Source: an uncultured cyanobacterium (GTDB taxonomy: Bacteria > Cyanobacteriota > Cyanobacteriia > CAKZMO01). From it: a stretch of 64,000 nt of DNA. How positions within the stretch are numbered: the stretch's first letter is position 1; each line of letters opens with the position of its first letter. The position numbers and the translations under genes are program-made. The stretch spans positions 32,001 to 96,000 of the forward strand of contig CAVRCJ010000006.1 of NCBI GenBank assembly GCA_963719515.1, read 5' to 3'. Shown in pieces: positions 9,555-20,820 of this stretch. Under the pieces are notes generated by a model that was not told where the DNA came from, made no database searches, and worked only from the letters and a program-made list of their open reading frames with translations.

Positions 9555-10484
9555 ATGGCGATCGCGATTATCTGTCCCAGCAGAGACACCGGCCCCTGGG
9601 TGGCGGCCATCAAAGAGATTGACCCAGACTTGGAGGTACTGGTGTGGCCCGATGATTCCCCCAGGGAAAACGTTACATTTGCGCTGTGCTGGCAGCAGCC
9701 ACAAAGCGTTTTGAGCGAGTATCCCAATCTGCGCTGCCTGTCCTCTATGGGGGCCGGGGTCGATCACCTGATCTCTGACGCTGCGCTGCCGCCGCGCCTG
9801 CCGATCGTTAGGCTTGTGGACCCGCTCCTGGCGCAGTCAATGTTTGAGTACGTCTGCGCCGCAGTCATGTACTATTTCCGGGAGTTTGACGGCTATCAGG
9901 CTCAGCAGCGGCAGCGGCGCTGGCATCAGACTGCTTCGAAACCAGCCGTCGCAACGACCGTTGGCGTTATGGGTTTAGGGCAGCTGGGCGGGTTCGTGGC
10001 GGGGCGGCTCTCGGGCCTAGGGTTTAACGTGGTGGGCTGGTCGCGCTCTGCAAAATCTATTGACGGGGTGGAAACCTACGCCGGGGAGGCGCAGCAGGGA
10101 GAGTTCTTATCCCGCGCCGAGATTTTGGTCTGCCTGCTGCCGCTCACGCCTGAAACCGCCGGAATACTGAATAGAGATCTCTTTGGGCAGCTGCCCCAGG
10201 GCGCTTGTCTGGTGAATGTTGCGAGGGGGGAGCATTTGGTAGAAGGCGATCTGCTCGCCGCGCTGGGCGAGGGGCACTTGCGAGGGGCCTGCCTAGATGT
10301 GTTTCAGCAAGAGCCTCTGCCCCAAGACCATCCCTTCTGGGTCCACGAGAAAATCATGGTGACGCCACATTGCTCAAGTATCACAGAACCCAGATCAGTA
10401 GCCCCGCAGGTGGTGGAAAATTACCGGCGATCGCAGCAGGGTCAGCCGTTGCTCAATCAAGTCTCGACAGAGAGGGGATATTAG
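9555..10484 (+). CDS. ghrA: Glyoxylate/hydroxypyruvate reductase A-like 2-hydroxyacid dehydrogenase
   Basis: GAGVDH, GVMGLGQLG, NVARG, LDVF..EPL, TPH. Confidence 0.85.
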   Translation: MAIAIICPSRDTGPWVAAIKEIDPDLEVLVWPDDSPRENVTFALCWQQPQSVLSEYPNLRCLSSMGAGVDHLISDAALPPRLPIVRLVDPLLAQSMFEYVCAAVMYYFREFDGYQAQQRQRRWHQTASKPAVATTVGVMGLGQLGGFVAGRLSGLGFNVVGWSRSAKSIDGVETYAGEAQQGEFLSRAEILVCLLPLTPETAGILNRDLFGQLPQGACLVNVARGEHLVEGDLLAALGEGHLRGACLDVFQQEPLPQDHPFWVHEKIMVTPHCSSITEPRSVAPQVVENYRRSQQGQPLLNQVSTERGY

Positions 10485-10700
10485 GCGGCCCTTCGCTGGG
10501 ATCTCCCAGAAAATCGATGTGAGCCCCAGGTCCGCTCTGCCGGTGGCCTACGCCGCAGCATAAAACGTTCGGTTTGGATTTTAGCGACAATCCCTTAGAA
10601 TTTAAGTCTTTCGCAACGGCTGGCGTTCAAGCTGACTCCAAACTCATTTGGCTCACCTTGGCCACAGCTCCATTCACCCAACTCAACGAAGCAACTCTCC

Positions 10701-11933
10701 ATGGCAACTATCAACGACAACTACCTCAAACTCAAAGCAGGCTATCTCTTCCCCGAAATCGCCCGACGGGTCAAAACCTTCGTGGCCGACCACCCCGACG
10801 CTGACATCATCAAGCTGGGCATTGGCGACGTCACAGAGCCCCTGCCCGACGCCTGCCGCCAGGCCATGAAAGCCGCCGTAGACGACATGGGCGATCGCGA
10901 CAGCTTCCACGGCTACGGGCCAGAGCAGGGCTACGGCTGGCTGCGGGAGGCGATCGCCGCTACCGATTTCCAGGCGCGGGGCTGTGAGGTAGACGCCTCT
11001 GAGGTGTTTGTCTCAGATGGGGCCAAGTGCGACAGCGGCAACATCCTCGATATTTTTGGCCACGACAACGCGATCGCGGTAACCGACCCCGTCTACCCCG
11101 TCTACGTGGACACCAACGTGATGGCGGGCAACACCGGCCCCGCCGACGAGAGCGGCAAGTATGAGGGGCTGGTCTACCTGCCGATGACGGCAGACAACGG
11201 CTTCACCCCGGCGCTGCCGTCCCAAAAGGTAGACATGATCTACCTCTGTTTCCCCAACAACCCCACCGGGGCCACGGTCACCAAAGCCGAGCTAAAGCAG
11301 TGGGTGGACTACGCCCTAGAGCACCAGTCCCTGATTTTGTTTGACGCCGCCTACGAGGCGTTTATCACCGACCCCGAGCTGCCCCATTCTATCTACGAAA
11401 TCGAGGGGGCACGGGACTGCGCCATTGAGTTCCGCTCGTTTTCTAAGAACGCAGGGTTTACCGGCACCCGCTGTGCCTATACGGTGGTGCCCAAGGGGCT
11501 GACTGGTAAAGCCTCAGACGGCAGTGATGTAGAGCTGCACCGGCTGTGGAATCGCCGGCAGTCCACTAAGTTCAACGGCGTGTCTTACATCGTGCAGCGG
11601 GGGGCTGAGGCCGTCTACTCGGAAGCGGGTCAGCGTCAGATTAAGGAGCTGATCGCCTTTTACCTGGAGAACGCTCGTTTGGTGCGGGAGGCATTGACCA
11701 AAATCGGCATCGACGTCTACGGCGGCGTGAATGCGCCCTATGTGTGGGTGAAGACGCCCGGCGGCCTGACGAGCTGGGATTTCTTTGATAAGCTGCTGCA
11801 GGCCTGCAACGTGGTGGGAACGCCGGGTTCAGGGTTTGGGGCCGCCGGTGAAGGGTATTTCCGCATTTCGGCGTTCAACAGCCGCAAGAATGTGGAGGAG
11901 GCAATGGCGCGGATTGCGAAGACCTTTGGCTAA
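10701..11933 (+). CDS. dapL: LL-diaminopimelate aminotransferase
   Basis: [34 protein letters not shown]. Confidence 0.97.
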   Translation: MATINDNYLKLKAGYLFPEIARRVKTFVADHPDADIIKLGIGDVTEPLPDACRQAMKAAVDDMGDRDSFHGYGPEQGYGWLREAIAATDFQARGCEVDASEVFVSDGAKCDSGNILDIFGHDNAIAVTDPVYPVYVDTNVMAGNTGPADESGKYEGLVYLPMTADNGFTPALPSQKVDMIYLCFPNNPTGATVTKAELKQWVDYALEHQSLILFDAAYEAFITDPELPHSIYEIEGARDCAIEFRSFSKNAGFTGTRCAYTVVPKGLTGKASDGSDVELHRLWNRRQSTKFNGVSYIVQRGAEAVYSEAGQRQIKELIAFYLENARLVREALTKIGIDVYGGVNAPYVWVKTPGGLTSWDFFDKLLQACNVVGTPGSGFGAAGEGYFRISAFNSRKNVEEAMARIAKTFG

Positions 11934-12073
11934 GGCTTTGTTTGGCTAAGGCTTTGCTCAATTTCAAATAGGGGGGGCATGCTGGTATCGCTGGCGAAAT
12001 GTTTCGTAATGGCATTTGGCGTCCTGCAGGCCCCCTCCGCCAGCGGTATCAATGCTGAGGGAAGAGAACCAGA

Positions 12074-12139
12074 CTCTTCTCTCCCGTTCGCGCAGCGTGG
12101 CCGGAGGCCGTAGTTGGGAGAGGAGTTGGGGGTGAGGGC
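12074..12139. repeat. REP-like palindromic element
   Basis: CTCTTCTCTCCC ... GGGAGAGGAG stem followed by GGGGGTGAGGGC; resembles dispersed cyanobacterial repeats. Confidence 0.45.
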
Positions 12140-12206
12140 CTTCGATGCGCTAAACAGATACCACGGCGATGCCGCGATCGCGTCGTCATGAATATCTTTT
12201 GAAAAA

Positions 12207-12278
<72 letters not shown>

Positions 12279-12373
12279 GTATCAATAGGGCTCTCTATAA
12301 TACCCCGTATCTTAATTCTAGGATAGAGCATACGGCTGTATTGACTGCGCGATAGGGCCTCAAACCAGCCGCA

Positions 12374-13357
12374 CTACGCGGGCACCTTTCCCGCTAGGCG
12401 ATCGCGCCACTCCCCAACCCGCTGTGCCAGCCGTCCCGTCAGCCAGCCATCGTACTGCGGATAGACCGGCAGCCTGGGCTGCAGCCGCCAGCCCGTCTTC
12501 TGCAGCAAGGCCCACGATTGATGGCGGTGCAGGTAGTCTGGGTTCACCTCATCTTTAGGAACAATTCCCCCCAAGTCTCGCGCTCCCGCTTCCAGGCAGG
12601 CAAGCAGCGCCGAGGGGGATACGAGGTTGGGCGGCACCTGAATGATGACGTCACTGGGCAAAATCTCGGCGGCGATCGCCACGGCCCGCTGCAGCTGCTC
12701 GCCCGCCAGGGTAACGCCGTTCCAAGGCTGCTGATGGCCAACGCTGTGGGGCTGCAAAATCACCTCCTGCACATGGCCCCACCGCTCGTGGGTCTGGGCG
12801 ATCGCTCTCAGGGAGTCGCGCCAGTCGGCCTCCGTCTCCCCTAGCCCTAGCAGCAGCCCCGTGGTGAACGGAATCTGCAGCTCTCCGGCCCACCGCAGCT
12901 GCTGCAGCCGCAGCTCGGGAAATTTGCTGGGGGCGTACTGATGCACCGTCTGCATGAGCTGGGGAGTGACCTGCTCCACCATCAGCCCCATAGAGACGTT
13001 CACCGCCTTGAGCTGAGCCATCTCCTCATAGAGCAGCGGGCCGGCGTTGGTGTGGGGCAAAAAGCCTCGGTCTAGCGCCAGATTACAGAGGTCGTAGATG
13101 CGCTGAAACCAGGCCTGTCGACGGGCGCTGGAAGGATGAACCTCACCGCTCAAAATCAGGATCTCGCTGGTTTCCGGAGGGAGCTGACTGAGGCGATCGC
13201 GGGCCTCCCCCAAAGCCAGCCACTCGTCGTCACCGGGGTCAACGCGAAAGTTGCAGTAGGCGCAGCGGTTGAAACACTCGTAGGTGGGAACCAACGTGTA
13301 GGCCGGACTGTAGGTCACCACTCGATCGGCGCGAGGGGTGCTCGGTAGATGATCCAT
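12374..13357 (-). CDS. cofG: FO synthase subunit CofG (radical SAM)
   Basis: TYSPAYTLVPTYECFNRCAYCNF, LPHTNAG, PFTTGLLLG, QVPPNL. Confidence 0.93.
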   Translation of the reverse strand: MDHLPSTPRADRVVTYSPAYTLVPTYECFNRCAYCNFRVDPGDDEWLALGEARDRLSQLPPETSEILILSGEVHPSSARRQAWFQRIYDLCNLALDRGFLPHTNAGPLLYEEMAQLKAVNVSMGLMVEQVTPQLMQTVHQYAPSKFPELRLQQLRWAGELQIPFTTGLLLGLGETEADWRDSLRAIAQTHERWGHVQEVILQPHSVGHQQPWNGVTLAGEQLQRAVAIAAEILPSDVIIQVPPNLVSPSALLACLEAGARDLGGIVPKDEVNPDYLHRHQSWALLQKTGWRLQPRLPVYPQYDGWLTGRLAQRVGEWRDRLAGKVPA

Positions 13358-13361
13358 CGCT

Positions 13362-13754
13362 TTAGCGCTGGGTAATTTTAATGGAAGAGAAAGTCGTATC
13401 TAGAGATTTGGCACCGCCTTTTTCTACCTGGCGCAGCAGCTGACCAAACTGCACCCACACCAGCGCTCCACCCAAGACGGTGATGGGCGCGGCGATGCTG
13501 TAGGCCACCTTAGGCGAAAAGGAAAACAGCTGCACGGTTGAGGCTAGAAATACGCAGATGCCGATGCAGGCGGCAAGAAACGGGATAAACAAGTTAAAGT
13601 TTTGCACCTCGGTCAGGCTTTGGGTGGCCCGGCTGCGGGACCACTGTTGTACACTTTGCTTCACGGTGGCCCCGAACGCTATCGCCGAGGTGATACCAGT
13701 AAGGAGCCCAGCCGCTAGGAGCACGTACGGAACGTTGTAAAAATTTTCTAACAC
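13362..13754 (-). CDS. Small membrane protein, 3 TM
   Basis: Hydrophobic segments; 4 bp from cofG start. Confidence 0.75.
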   Translation of the reverse strand: MLENFYNVPYVLLAAGLLTGITSAIAFGATVKQSVQQWSRSRATQSLTEVQNFNLFIPFLAACIGICVFLASTVQLFSFSPKVAYSIAAPITVLGGALVWVQFGQLLRQVEKGGAKSLDTTFSSIKITQR

Positions 13755-14048
13755 GGGCTATCTCGGCAAATCCACGCTCTTATTATTCAGGGTTTTGGGT
13801 GAGTACGGCAAGCCCAGAAACTAGAAGGCGGCGGTTTTAGAACATAAAACCGCTGACGATTCGAGCGAAATAGACAGGTCAGCCCCATGCCCCGCCAATA
13901 CCACCGCCGTATTAAGAAATAAGATCAAACGCCCTTCAGATATCTTTAATGAGCAGATTCCCGAAGCACAGGCTCTGTTTGAGGCGATTATCGGCAATAA
14001 CTCTCAGGATTCTGCGACGCGTCTGTATTTGAAGCGATGTCAGCAGCA

Positions 14049-15662
14049 TTAGCGCTGCTGGCGCATCGGCAGCGTGATCCGGCATTCGGTGCCCTGGCCT
14101 GGCGTGGAAGCGTACTCAAGAGTACCGTTGTGGCTGTGAATAATTTGGTGACTGATGGACAGCCCCAAGCCCGTCCCTTTTCCGGCAGGCTTGGTTGTAA
14201 AGAAAGGATCGAATAGGCGCGACTTCACGTCGCTTGCCAGCCCCGGCCCGTTGTCAATTATGCGGATGGTGATGGTCTGATCATCGCAGGCGGTTATGAT
14301 TCGAATCTGGCCGGTAGTCTCGCTCACCCAGTGACGCGGTTCCGCGCGGACCCTGGCATCGTAGCCTGGCGTCGTGGGATAGCTTGGTGCGGTGGGTCTG
14401 CGCCGCTGGTACTGTTCTTCTAGCGCTTCGACGGCATTGACCAAGATATTCATAAACACCTGATTGATTTGCCCCGCGCGGCACTCCACTAGGGGAAGAT
14501 CACCGTACTGTTTCTCTAGCCGAATCGCAGGGCCATGGATGTTGGCCCGCAGTCGGTGCTGAAGAATTAGCAGGGTATTATCGAGCCCCTCATGTAAGTC
14601 GATAGCCTTTGGAATATCTTCGTCTGTGCGGACAAATCGCTGCAGCGACAGCACAATATCCCGGATGCGTTCGGCCCCAAGCCGCACAGAGGCCATGGTC
14701 TTAGGCAAGTCTTTGATCAAGAAATCCAGCTCGGCTTCATCCCCCAACTGCGACACCTCCTTTTCAAAGCTCTCTGGGCAGCAGTCTCGATACCGCCCCA
14801 CTAGGGCTAACAGGTAACGGCTGTAGTCGTCTAAGTAGGTGAGATTCCCATAAATGAAATTAACTGGATTGTTGATTTCGTGAGCAACCCCCGCCACAAG
14901 TTGACCCAAGCTGGACATTTTTTCGCTCTGAACCAGCTGGGTTTGAGCCGCTTTGAGGTGATCTAGGGCATTTGCCAGATCTTGCGCCTGCTGTCGGCTC
15001 CGGTTTATAAGGTCCGCCTGCTGAAGGGCAACGTCTAGGTGCGCCGCGATGTACTGCGCGAGCTCGATGTCCTGGAGCTTCCACTGACGGGGGCGATCGC
15101 ACTGATGGATGCACAGCAGTCCCCACAAATAGCCTTCTTGAAGCAAAGGAACCACGAGATTAGCTCTGACGTGAAACTGCGCCAGGATATCAATGTGGCA
15201 CGCCTGCAGGCCAGCGTTGTAGATATCGGGAAGCGCCTGAATTTGCCCCCGCTGGTAGTATTCTGCAAATTTACTGCCAAAGCAGCGATCTTCTATGACA
15301 ACATCGCGGGTTGAGGGGAGGCCCGCCTCAGCAGACTCTGCCACAAACTCTCCTAGATCCCAGTCTGAATGGGGGTGGAAGCGATAGATGCCGACCCGGG
15401 ATGCGGCGAGCAGCTGCCGCATCTCAGCGGCGGCGGTTTGAAAGACCTCGTCTAAATCTGAGCAGTGGTGAATTGTCGTAATCACCCGAAAAAGCGCTTT
15501 CTGCTGCTCGGCCTGATGTTTGATCTGCTGTAGCGGTTCAGAGTCTAGCGGCACCTCAACGTCCATCTCTTCGGCAATAGACGGAACTAAGACTTTAAGC
15601 GCCTCAAAAGTAGCCTCGTCACGGCAAAGGCTCCGAATTTGATTGAGGCGATCGCGGTGCAT
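14049..15662 (-). CDS. Cyanobacteriochrome GAF sensor histidine kinase (DXCF type)
   Basis: GAF with EDRCF and ACH; H-box AHEINNP, NQVFMN, DNGPG, GTGLGL; ATG at 15662 preferred. Confidence 0.88.
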   Translation of the reverse strand: MHRDRLNQIRSLCRDEATFEALKVLVPSIAEEMDVEVPLDSEPLQQIKHQAEQQKALFRVITTIHHCSDLDEVFQTAAAEMRQLLAASRVGIYRFHPHSDWDLGEFVAESAEAGLPSTRDVVIEDRCFGSKFAEYYQRGQIQALPDIYNAGLQACHIDILAQFHVRANLVVPLLQEGYLWGLLCIHQCDRPRQWKLQDIELAQYIAAHLDVALQQADLINRSRQQAQDLANALDHLKAAQTQLVQSEKMSSLGQLVAGVAHEINNPVNFIYGNLTYLDDYSRYLLALVGRYRDCCPESFEKEVSQLGDEAELDFLIKDLPKTMASVRLGAERIRDIVLSLQRFVRTDEDIPKAIDLHEGLDNTLLILQHRLRANIHGPAIRLEKQYGDLPLVECRAGQINQVFMNILVNAVEALEEQYQRRRPTAPSYPTTPGYDARVRAEPRHWVSETTGQIRIITACDDQTITIRIIDNGPGLASDVKSRLFDPFFTTKPAGKGTGLGLSISHQIIHSHNGTLEYASTPGQGTECRITLPMRQQR

Positions 15663-16136
15663 ACGGAATTGGGTCCTTACTGTATCTCGTCGTGATAGGC
15701 ATTGAAAAGCGCCAATCTTACGCAGACTTGACAAACTTGACAGCCTTCATGTAAAGCTTTAGAGTGAAGCTGTAATACGCTGTATTTGAAGTAAGTTACG
15801 TCAAAAACCTCTTCAGAGCAGGGGTTTGAGTTTAGAGGGATTTCTACGATGTGGAGTTTGGTGGATGTCGGACGTCACATAGCGCTCCGTCGTACCACAG
15901 CCTCTCACTACAGACGGGTACAGCAGATTAGAAGAAGGTAGCCCTGTGCCTCAAAGCGCCATGCCTGATTGAAGGGTAATCAGCCCTGAGAGCCTAGAAA
16001 ACGAGGGCCTTTCGAGGGCCGCCGTCAAGGTCGGACCTCCCAACGGCCATAGGGCAAGGTCATGCAGTGCTTCACTCAACCTTGAGGCTGATGGTCCGTA
16101 GGCTCAGGTGCACGCCTGTGTCAAAGCTGACTCATC

Positions 16137-18221
16137 TTATCGTATTGGATCGGGCAAAGCTCCGATTCGATCACTTTCTTCACTCGCAGCCCCAATTTGC
16201 CACTGCCAGTCAGCGATCGCCTCGCGGGCCTCGACGTAGACGCTAGAGTCCTGCGGCACTAAAGCAGCCGCTTCAATGGCGCTGCTCAATTGCCCTTCGT
16301 AGGCTCGTTCGTAGGCCAAGTCCAGAATATTATTGCTCCAGCGCTCAAACAAGACTTGGGCTTGGTCGTAGTCGGCGTCTCGACGCTGAACCAGTCGTAA
16401 GTGGGCTATAGCCTCACTGTAGGAGGAAGCCTGGCTAGGCTTGATGATCGCCTCAGCGGAAGCCACCAGGCTTCGCTGCCCAGGGCGCCCCCCCTGACTG
16501 AGCTGCTGTTGCCACTGCTGAATCCGCTCCTGTGCCCTAGGGTAGACCGCTGCAACGGTAGGGGGAATGAGCTGGGCGGCACCGATGGCGTCGACGTAGT
16601 TCCCCACTTGGGCTCTGGCCTCGGCTAGGTCCACGACGGTGTTTCCCCAGCGCTGGATGTAAGACTGGGCCTCGTCATAGAGGGGCTGTCCGGGCTGAAT
16701 TCGCCCGGCGATGGCGATCGCTCGCGCAAAGTCGGAGGCCTGATTGACCGGGGTTTCCTCACGCTCCTGGTTGAGGGAAGCGATCGCCTGAGCCAAAATT
16801 TCGGCATTGACCTGCAGGGTGTCCTCGTCTGCAGGGCGAACCCCAGCGCCGCTTTGAGCGGCCTGCCGGAGCGCGGCGTAGTCTCGGTCTTGCTTGGCGG
16901 GAGGCACTGTATCGAGCCACGCTAGGGCGTCGTCAAACTGCTCCCCTTCGATAGCGGCCCGAGCAGCGGTCAGGGCGGCTGACGTGACCTCGTCGGAGGT
17001 TTCCACCTTGGCGGCATTATCGTCTGCCGGTCTCGGGCGGGCGGCGCTGAAGAGAGCCGTTCGGTTACGCACCACCACGCCGAGAATCAGCAGCGATAGG
17101 AGCCCAATTCCCCAAATGCCTATCCGCCGCCAGAATACCTGGTCAGCGTCGAGGGGACGAGGGGGCGAGGGGGTGGTGGTGGCCTGCGGAATGGGCGCGG
17201 GCGACGTGGGAATAGAGGGGTTGGGCGGTGCGGCAAGCGCGGGGGAGGAGGGGGCTAGGGTGCTTGGGCGGGCTGTACTGAGGTCGGTGAGGGAAGGGGA
17301 TGGCGCTGTCTCTGGACCTAGATAGATGTCCTCTAGAGCTGCTGGATTTACCCTTGCTGGGTCCGGCGCTGCTGGGTCCGCTTCCCGATACCCCGCTTCC
17401 TCTAGGGGATAGGCCCCCTCTTCAGGCACAGGAAAAGGGTTCTCAAGAGGCTTACCCGGTACGATTAGCTGGTAGCGCATGTCGTCTGGGACAAACGCCG
17501 CCGGGTTCTGCAGAGGCCGCCAGTGGTGCTCGCTCAACCGAGGGAGGCGATCGCCCAAGTCGAGGGCAAGCTGAGCGACGGTGATGCAGCTCTGGTGCAG
17601 ACTTTCTATCAGGGCGGCGGTAAACAGCCCCTGGCGCAGCGCCAAGGTTTCGTGGGGGCTTTGGTCAGGCCGACAGCTGAGGATAACCGTGACCCCGTGC
17701 TGCTCGGCAAGCGCCAAAGCAGATTTTCCCAGCACGGCGTCGGAAGATAGCCCTAAGCGCTTGAGGTCGAGCAGCAGTAGAGGACGGGGAGCCTTTCCCA
17801 AGGTTTCCAGCAGCGGACCTAGGGCTATAGCGGTTGAGGGCTTTTCCGGGTTGCTGTCCGCTGCCAAGAGATAGTCTTCTCCAGCGTCATGGAACCCGTA
17901 GCCGCTAAAGGCAAACCAGATCACGTCGTCTGTGGGGATCTGCGGATCGGTTTGCTGAGCGCTAGCGGCTTGCACCACGTCGGCCACCGCTTGATCTATG
18001 GCCGCTTTGGTGATTCCATCTCCTACATTCGAGGCGTCGCCGGAGGTGCTGTCGGACTTGAGGGCCGCTTTAGTAAGCAGATGACACTGGGCTTGGGGAA
18101 ATTCGGCATCGTCTACGCAATAGCGATAGAGTACAGCGGCGTCTCGCTCCGCGTACATTAGCGGCTGCTCAAGATACAAGTATTGATTGATGCCGACCGC
18201 GATCGCCCAGTACTGTGTCAT
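16137..18221 (-). CDS. Inactive caspase-like (peptidase C14/p20) membrane protein
   Basis: WAIAVGINQY...LMYAERDA; FSGYG and LDLKR replace the His/Cys dyad; Pro-rich linker, TM helix, repeated helical C-terminus. Confidence 0.8.
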   Translation of the reverse strand: MTQYWAIAVGINQYLYLEQPLMYAERDAAVLYRYCVDDAEFPQAQCHLLTKAALKSDSTSGDASNVGDGITKAAIDQAVADVVQAASAQQTDPQIPTDDVIWFAFSGYGFHDAGEDYLLAADSNPEKPSTAIALGPLLETLGKAPRPLLLLDLKRLGLSSDAVLGKSALALAEQHGVTVILSCRPDQSPHETLALRQGLFTAALIESLHQSCITVAQLALDLGDRLPRLSEHHWRPLQNPAAFVPDDMRYQLIVPGKPLENPFPVPEEGAYPLEEAGYREADPAAPDPARVNPAALEDIYLGPETAPSPSLTDLSTARPSTLAPSSPALAAPPNPSIPTSPAPIPQATTTPSPPRPLDADQVFWRRIGIWGIGLLSLLILGVVVRNRTALFSAARPRPADDNAAKVETSDEVTSAALTAARAAIEGEQFDDALAWLDTVPPAKQDRDYAALRQAAQSGAGVRPADEDTLQVNAEILAQAIASLNQEREETPVNQASDFARAIAIAGRIQPGQPLYDEAQSYIQRWGNTVVDLAEARAQVGNYVDAIGAAQLIPPTVAAVYPRAQERIQQWQQQLSQGGRPGQRSLVASAEAIIKPSQASSYSEAIAHLRLVQRRDADYDQAQVLFERWSNNILDLAYERAYEGQLSSAIEAAALVPQDSSVYVEAREAIADWQWQIGAASEESDRIGALPDPIR

Positions 18222-18537
18222 GCCTATCACTTTGACCTATATACGACGGCCCATGCTGTCCTACTGCTTCGGTCTACCCTACGGGATAGTGGCTACACAA
18301 ACGCATCACTACTCTCAGTGGCGACTGATCGATGTTTCACAATAACGCAATTCGTGCGGAAGCTACAAGGGGCCATTAGCTCATGGGAAGCTAAATGAGT
18401 TGAGCGCCGCGCGAGCCAATGGACATCACCATAAAGTTGCCACAAGACTGTTGTCATAAGGTCTGTATGATAAGTCGTCACAGCACAGAGATTCCGTACT
18501 AATATGGGGCAGATAATAGACCCTTGCCTTGCCGCCC

Positions 18538-19962
18538 ATGTACGACAAAATCACGCCGCCCTCTGAAGGAACGCCCATCCAGTTTATAGAGGGTACGCCT
18601 CAGGTTCCCGATACCCCCATCGTGCCCTTCATTCGCGGGGACGGGACGGGCGTCGACATCTGGCCGGCGACCCAGCGGGTGATCGACGATGCGGTGAAGG
18701 CGGCTTACGGCGACAAGCGGAAAATCACCTGGTTCAAGGTCTACGCCGGGGATGAAGCTTGTGAGGTCTACGGCGAGTACCAGTACCTGCCCGAGGACAC
18801 CCTGACCGCCATCCGCGAATACGGCATCGCCATCAAAGGCCCGCTGACGACCCCCGTTGGCGGCGGTATCCGCTCCCTCAACGTGGCCCTCCGGCAGATC
18901 AACGACCTCTACGCCTGCGTCCGTCCCTGCAAATACTACGCCGGTACCCCTTCTCCCCACCGCAATCCTCAGAAGCTAGACGTCATCGTCTACCGGGAGA
19001 ACACTGAGGACATTTACCTGGGGATTGAGTGGAAGCAGGGCAGCGAGCAGGGCGATCGCCTCATCAAGCTGCTCAACACCGATCTTATTCCCGCGACGCC
19101 AGAGCACGGTAACAAGCAAATTCCCCTTGACTCAGGCATCGGCATCAAGCCCATCAGCAAGAGTGGGTCCCAGCGCCTGGTGCGGCGGGCGATTCAACAT
19201 GCGCTGCGGCTGCCGCCCAACAAGCAAATGGTGACCTTGGTCCATAAGGGCAACATCATGAAGTATACCGAAGGGGCATTTCGCGACTGGGGCTATGAGC
19301 TCGCCACCGAGGAATTTCGCAACGAGTGCGTCACGGAGCTAGAGTCTTGGGTGCTCAGTAACGCTGACGCTAATCCGGACCTGACGGTGGAGGAGAATGC
19401 CCGCCGGGTAGAGCCGGGTTACGATTCGCTGACGCCGGAGAAAAAAGCGCAGGCCTGCGAGCAGGTGAAGTCGATTTTAGAATCTATTGGCGATACCCAC
19501 GGTGAGGGTCAGTGGAAAACCAAGATCATGGTGAATGACCGCATTGCCGACAGCATCTTCCAGCAGATTCAGACCCGCCCAGACGAATACTCTATTTTGG
19601 CGACGATGAACCTCAACGGCGACTACCTGTCTGACGCAGCGGCAGCGATTGTTGGTGGGCTAGGGATGGGGCCAGGAGCCAACATCGGCGATCGCTGTGC
19701 GGTGTTTGAAGCCACCCACGGCACTGCCCCCAAGCACGCAGGCCTAGACCGCATCAATCCGGGGTCGCTGATTTTGTCGGCGGCGATGATGCTGGAGTTT
19801 ATGGGCTGGCAGGAGGCCGCCGATCTGATTAAGACAGGGGTGAGCGGGGCGATCGCGAATCAGGAGGTGACCTACGATTTGGCCCGCCTGATGGAGCCGC
19901 CCGTAGAGCCGCTGAAATGCTCGGAGTTTGCGACGGCGATCGTTCAGCACTTTAAAGCGTGA
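18538..19962 (+). CDS. icd: NADP-dependent isocitrate dehydrogenase
   Basis: [42 protein letters not shown]. Confidence 0.98.
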   Translation: MYDKITPPSEGTPIQFIEGTPQVPDTPIVPFIRGDGTGVDIWPATQRVIDDAVKAAYGDKRKITWFKVYAGDEACEVYGEYQYLPEDTLTAIREYGIAIKGPLTTPVGGGIRSLNVALRQINDLYACVRPCKYYAGTPSPHRNPQKLDVIVYRENTEDIYLGIEWKQGSEQGDRLIKLLNTDLIPATPEHGNKQIPLDSGIGIKPISKSGSQRLVRRAIQHALRLPPNKQMVTLVHKGNIMKYTEGAFRDWGYELATEEFRNECVTELESWVLSNADANPDLTVEENARRVEPGYDSLTPEKKAQACEQVKSILESIGDTHGEGQWKTKIMVNDRIADSIFQQIQTRPDEYSILATMNLNGDYLSDAAAAIVGGLGMGPGANIGDRCAVFEATHGTAPKHAGLDRINPGSLILSAAMMLEFMGWQEAADLIKTGVSGAIANQEVTYDLARLMEPPVEPLKCSEFATAIVQHFKA

Positions 19963-20064
19963 CTACTTTCGTGGATGCTTTGGAGGCTCAAACAAAGTCC
20001 GTGCCGCCCTATTAGCATGGGGGAACCATCCTCTACACTCGGGGAAGGAAAGAGGGATAAGCCA

Positions 20065-20814
20065 ATGTCCAAATTCATGTTTATTACCGACCTCGACAAT
20101 ACGTTGGTCGGAGATAAGGCCGCATTGAGCGAGCTCAACCGGCTGCTCTCTCAACATCGAGAGCAGCACGGTACCCTAGTCGTCTACTCCACAGGGCGAT
20201 CGCCTACCCTATACCGGCAGCTGCGGCAAGAGCAGGAGATGATCGAGCCAGACTTTACCGTGCTCGCTGTGGGGACCTTAATCTACCCTGGAACCAGCGA
20301 CGAGCCCGACGCCGAGTGGGCGAGCATTCTGTCGGACGGCTGGGACCGAGACGCCGTCATGGCAACGACGGCCCACTTTTCTGACCTAGCGCCTCAGCCC
20401 GCTTCAGAGCAGACCTCCCACAAAGCCAGCTATTTTCTTCAGCCCGGTGTAGCGGATGAGCTGCTGCCCAGCTTACGAAAAGCAATAGCCCAAAAGGGTC
20501 TAGACGTTCAGCTGGTGTACAGCAGTCAGCAGGACCTAGATATTTTGCCCAAGCGCGGCAACAAAGGCGCCGCCGTCGCCTTTTTGCAGCAGCGCCTCGA
20601 TATGCCCCAGGAGCGCACCGTCGTCTGCGGTGACTCGGGCAACGATTTGTCGATGTTCCAGGCGGCGAACGCCAAAGGGATTATTGTAGGTAACGCCCGC
20701 GACGAGCTGCGGGAGTGGCACCAGCGCGAGGCCTCCTCCGACATCTATTTGGCCCAGGCCCATTGCGCAGGCGGTATTCTAGAAGGCCTAAAGCACTTCG
20801 GTTTTCTAGCGTAA
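20065..20814 (+). CDS. spp: Sucrose-phosphate phosphatase (HAD)
   Basis: TDLDNTLVGD, STGRS, CGDSGND; GGA-rich RBS before ATG 20065. Confidence 0.9.
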   Translation: MSKFMFITDLDNTLVGDKAALSELNRLLSQHREQHGTLVVYSTGRSPTLYRQLRQEQEMIEPDFTVLAVGTLIYPGTSDEPDAEWASILSDGWDRDAVMATTAHFSDLAPQPASEQTSHKASYFLQPGVADELLPSLRKAIAQKGLDVQLVYSSQQDLDILPKRGNKGAAVAFLQQRLDMPQERTVVCGDSGNDLSMFQAANAKGIIVGNARDELREWHQREASSDIYLAQAHCAGGILEGLKHFGFLA

Positions 20815-20820
20815 ACAGCG

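Noticed and set aside
10485..10700. Lysine riboswitch before dapL
   Set aside because: No recognisable L-box consensus
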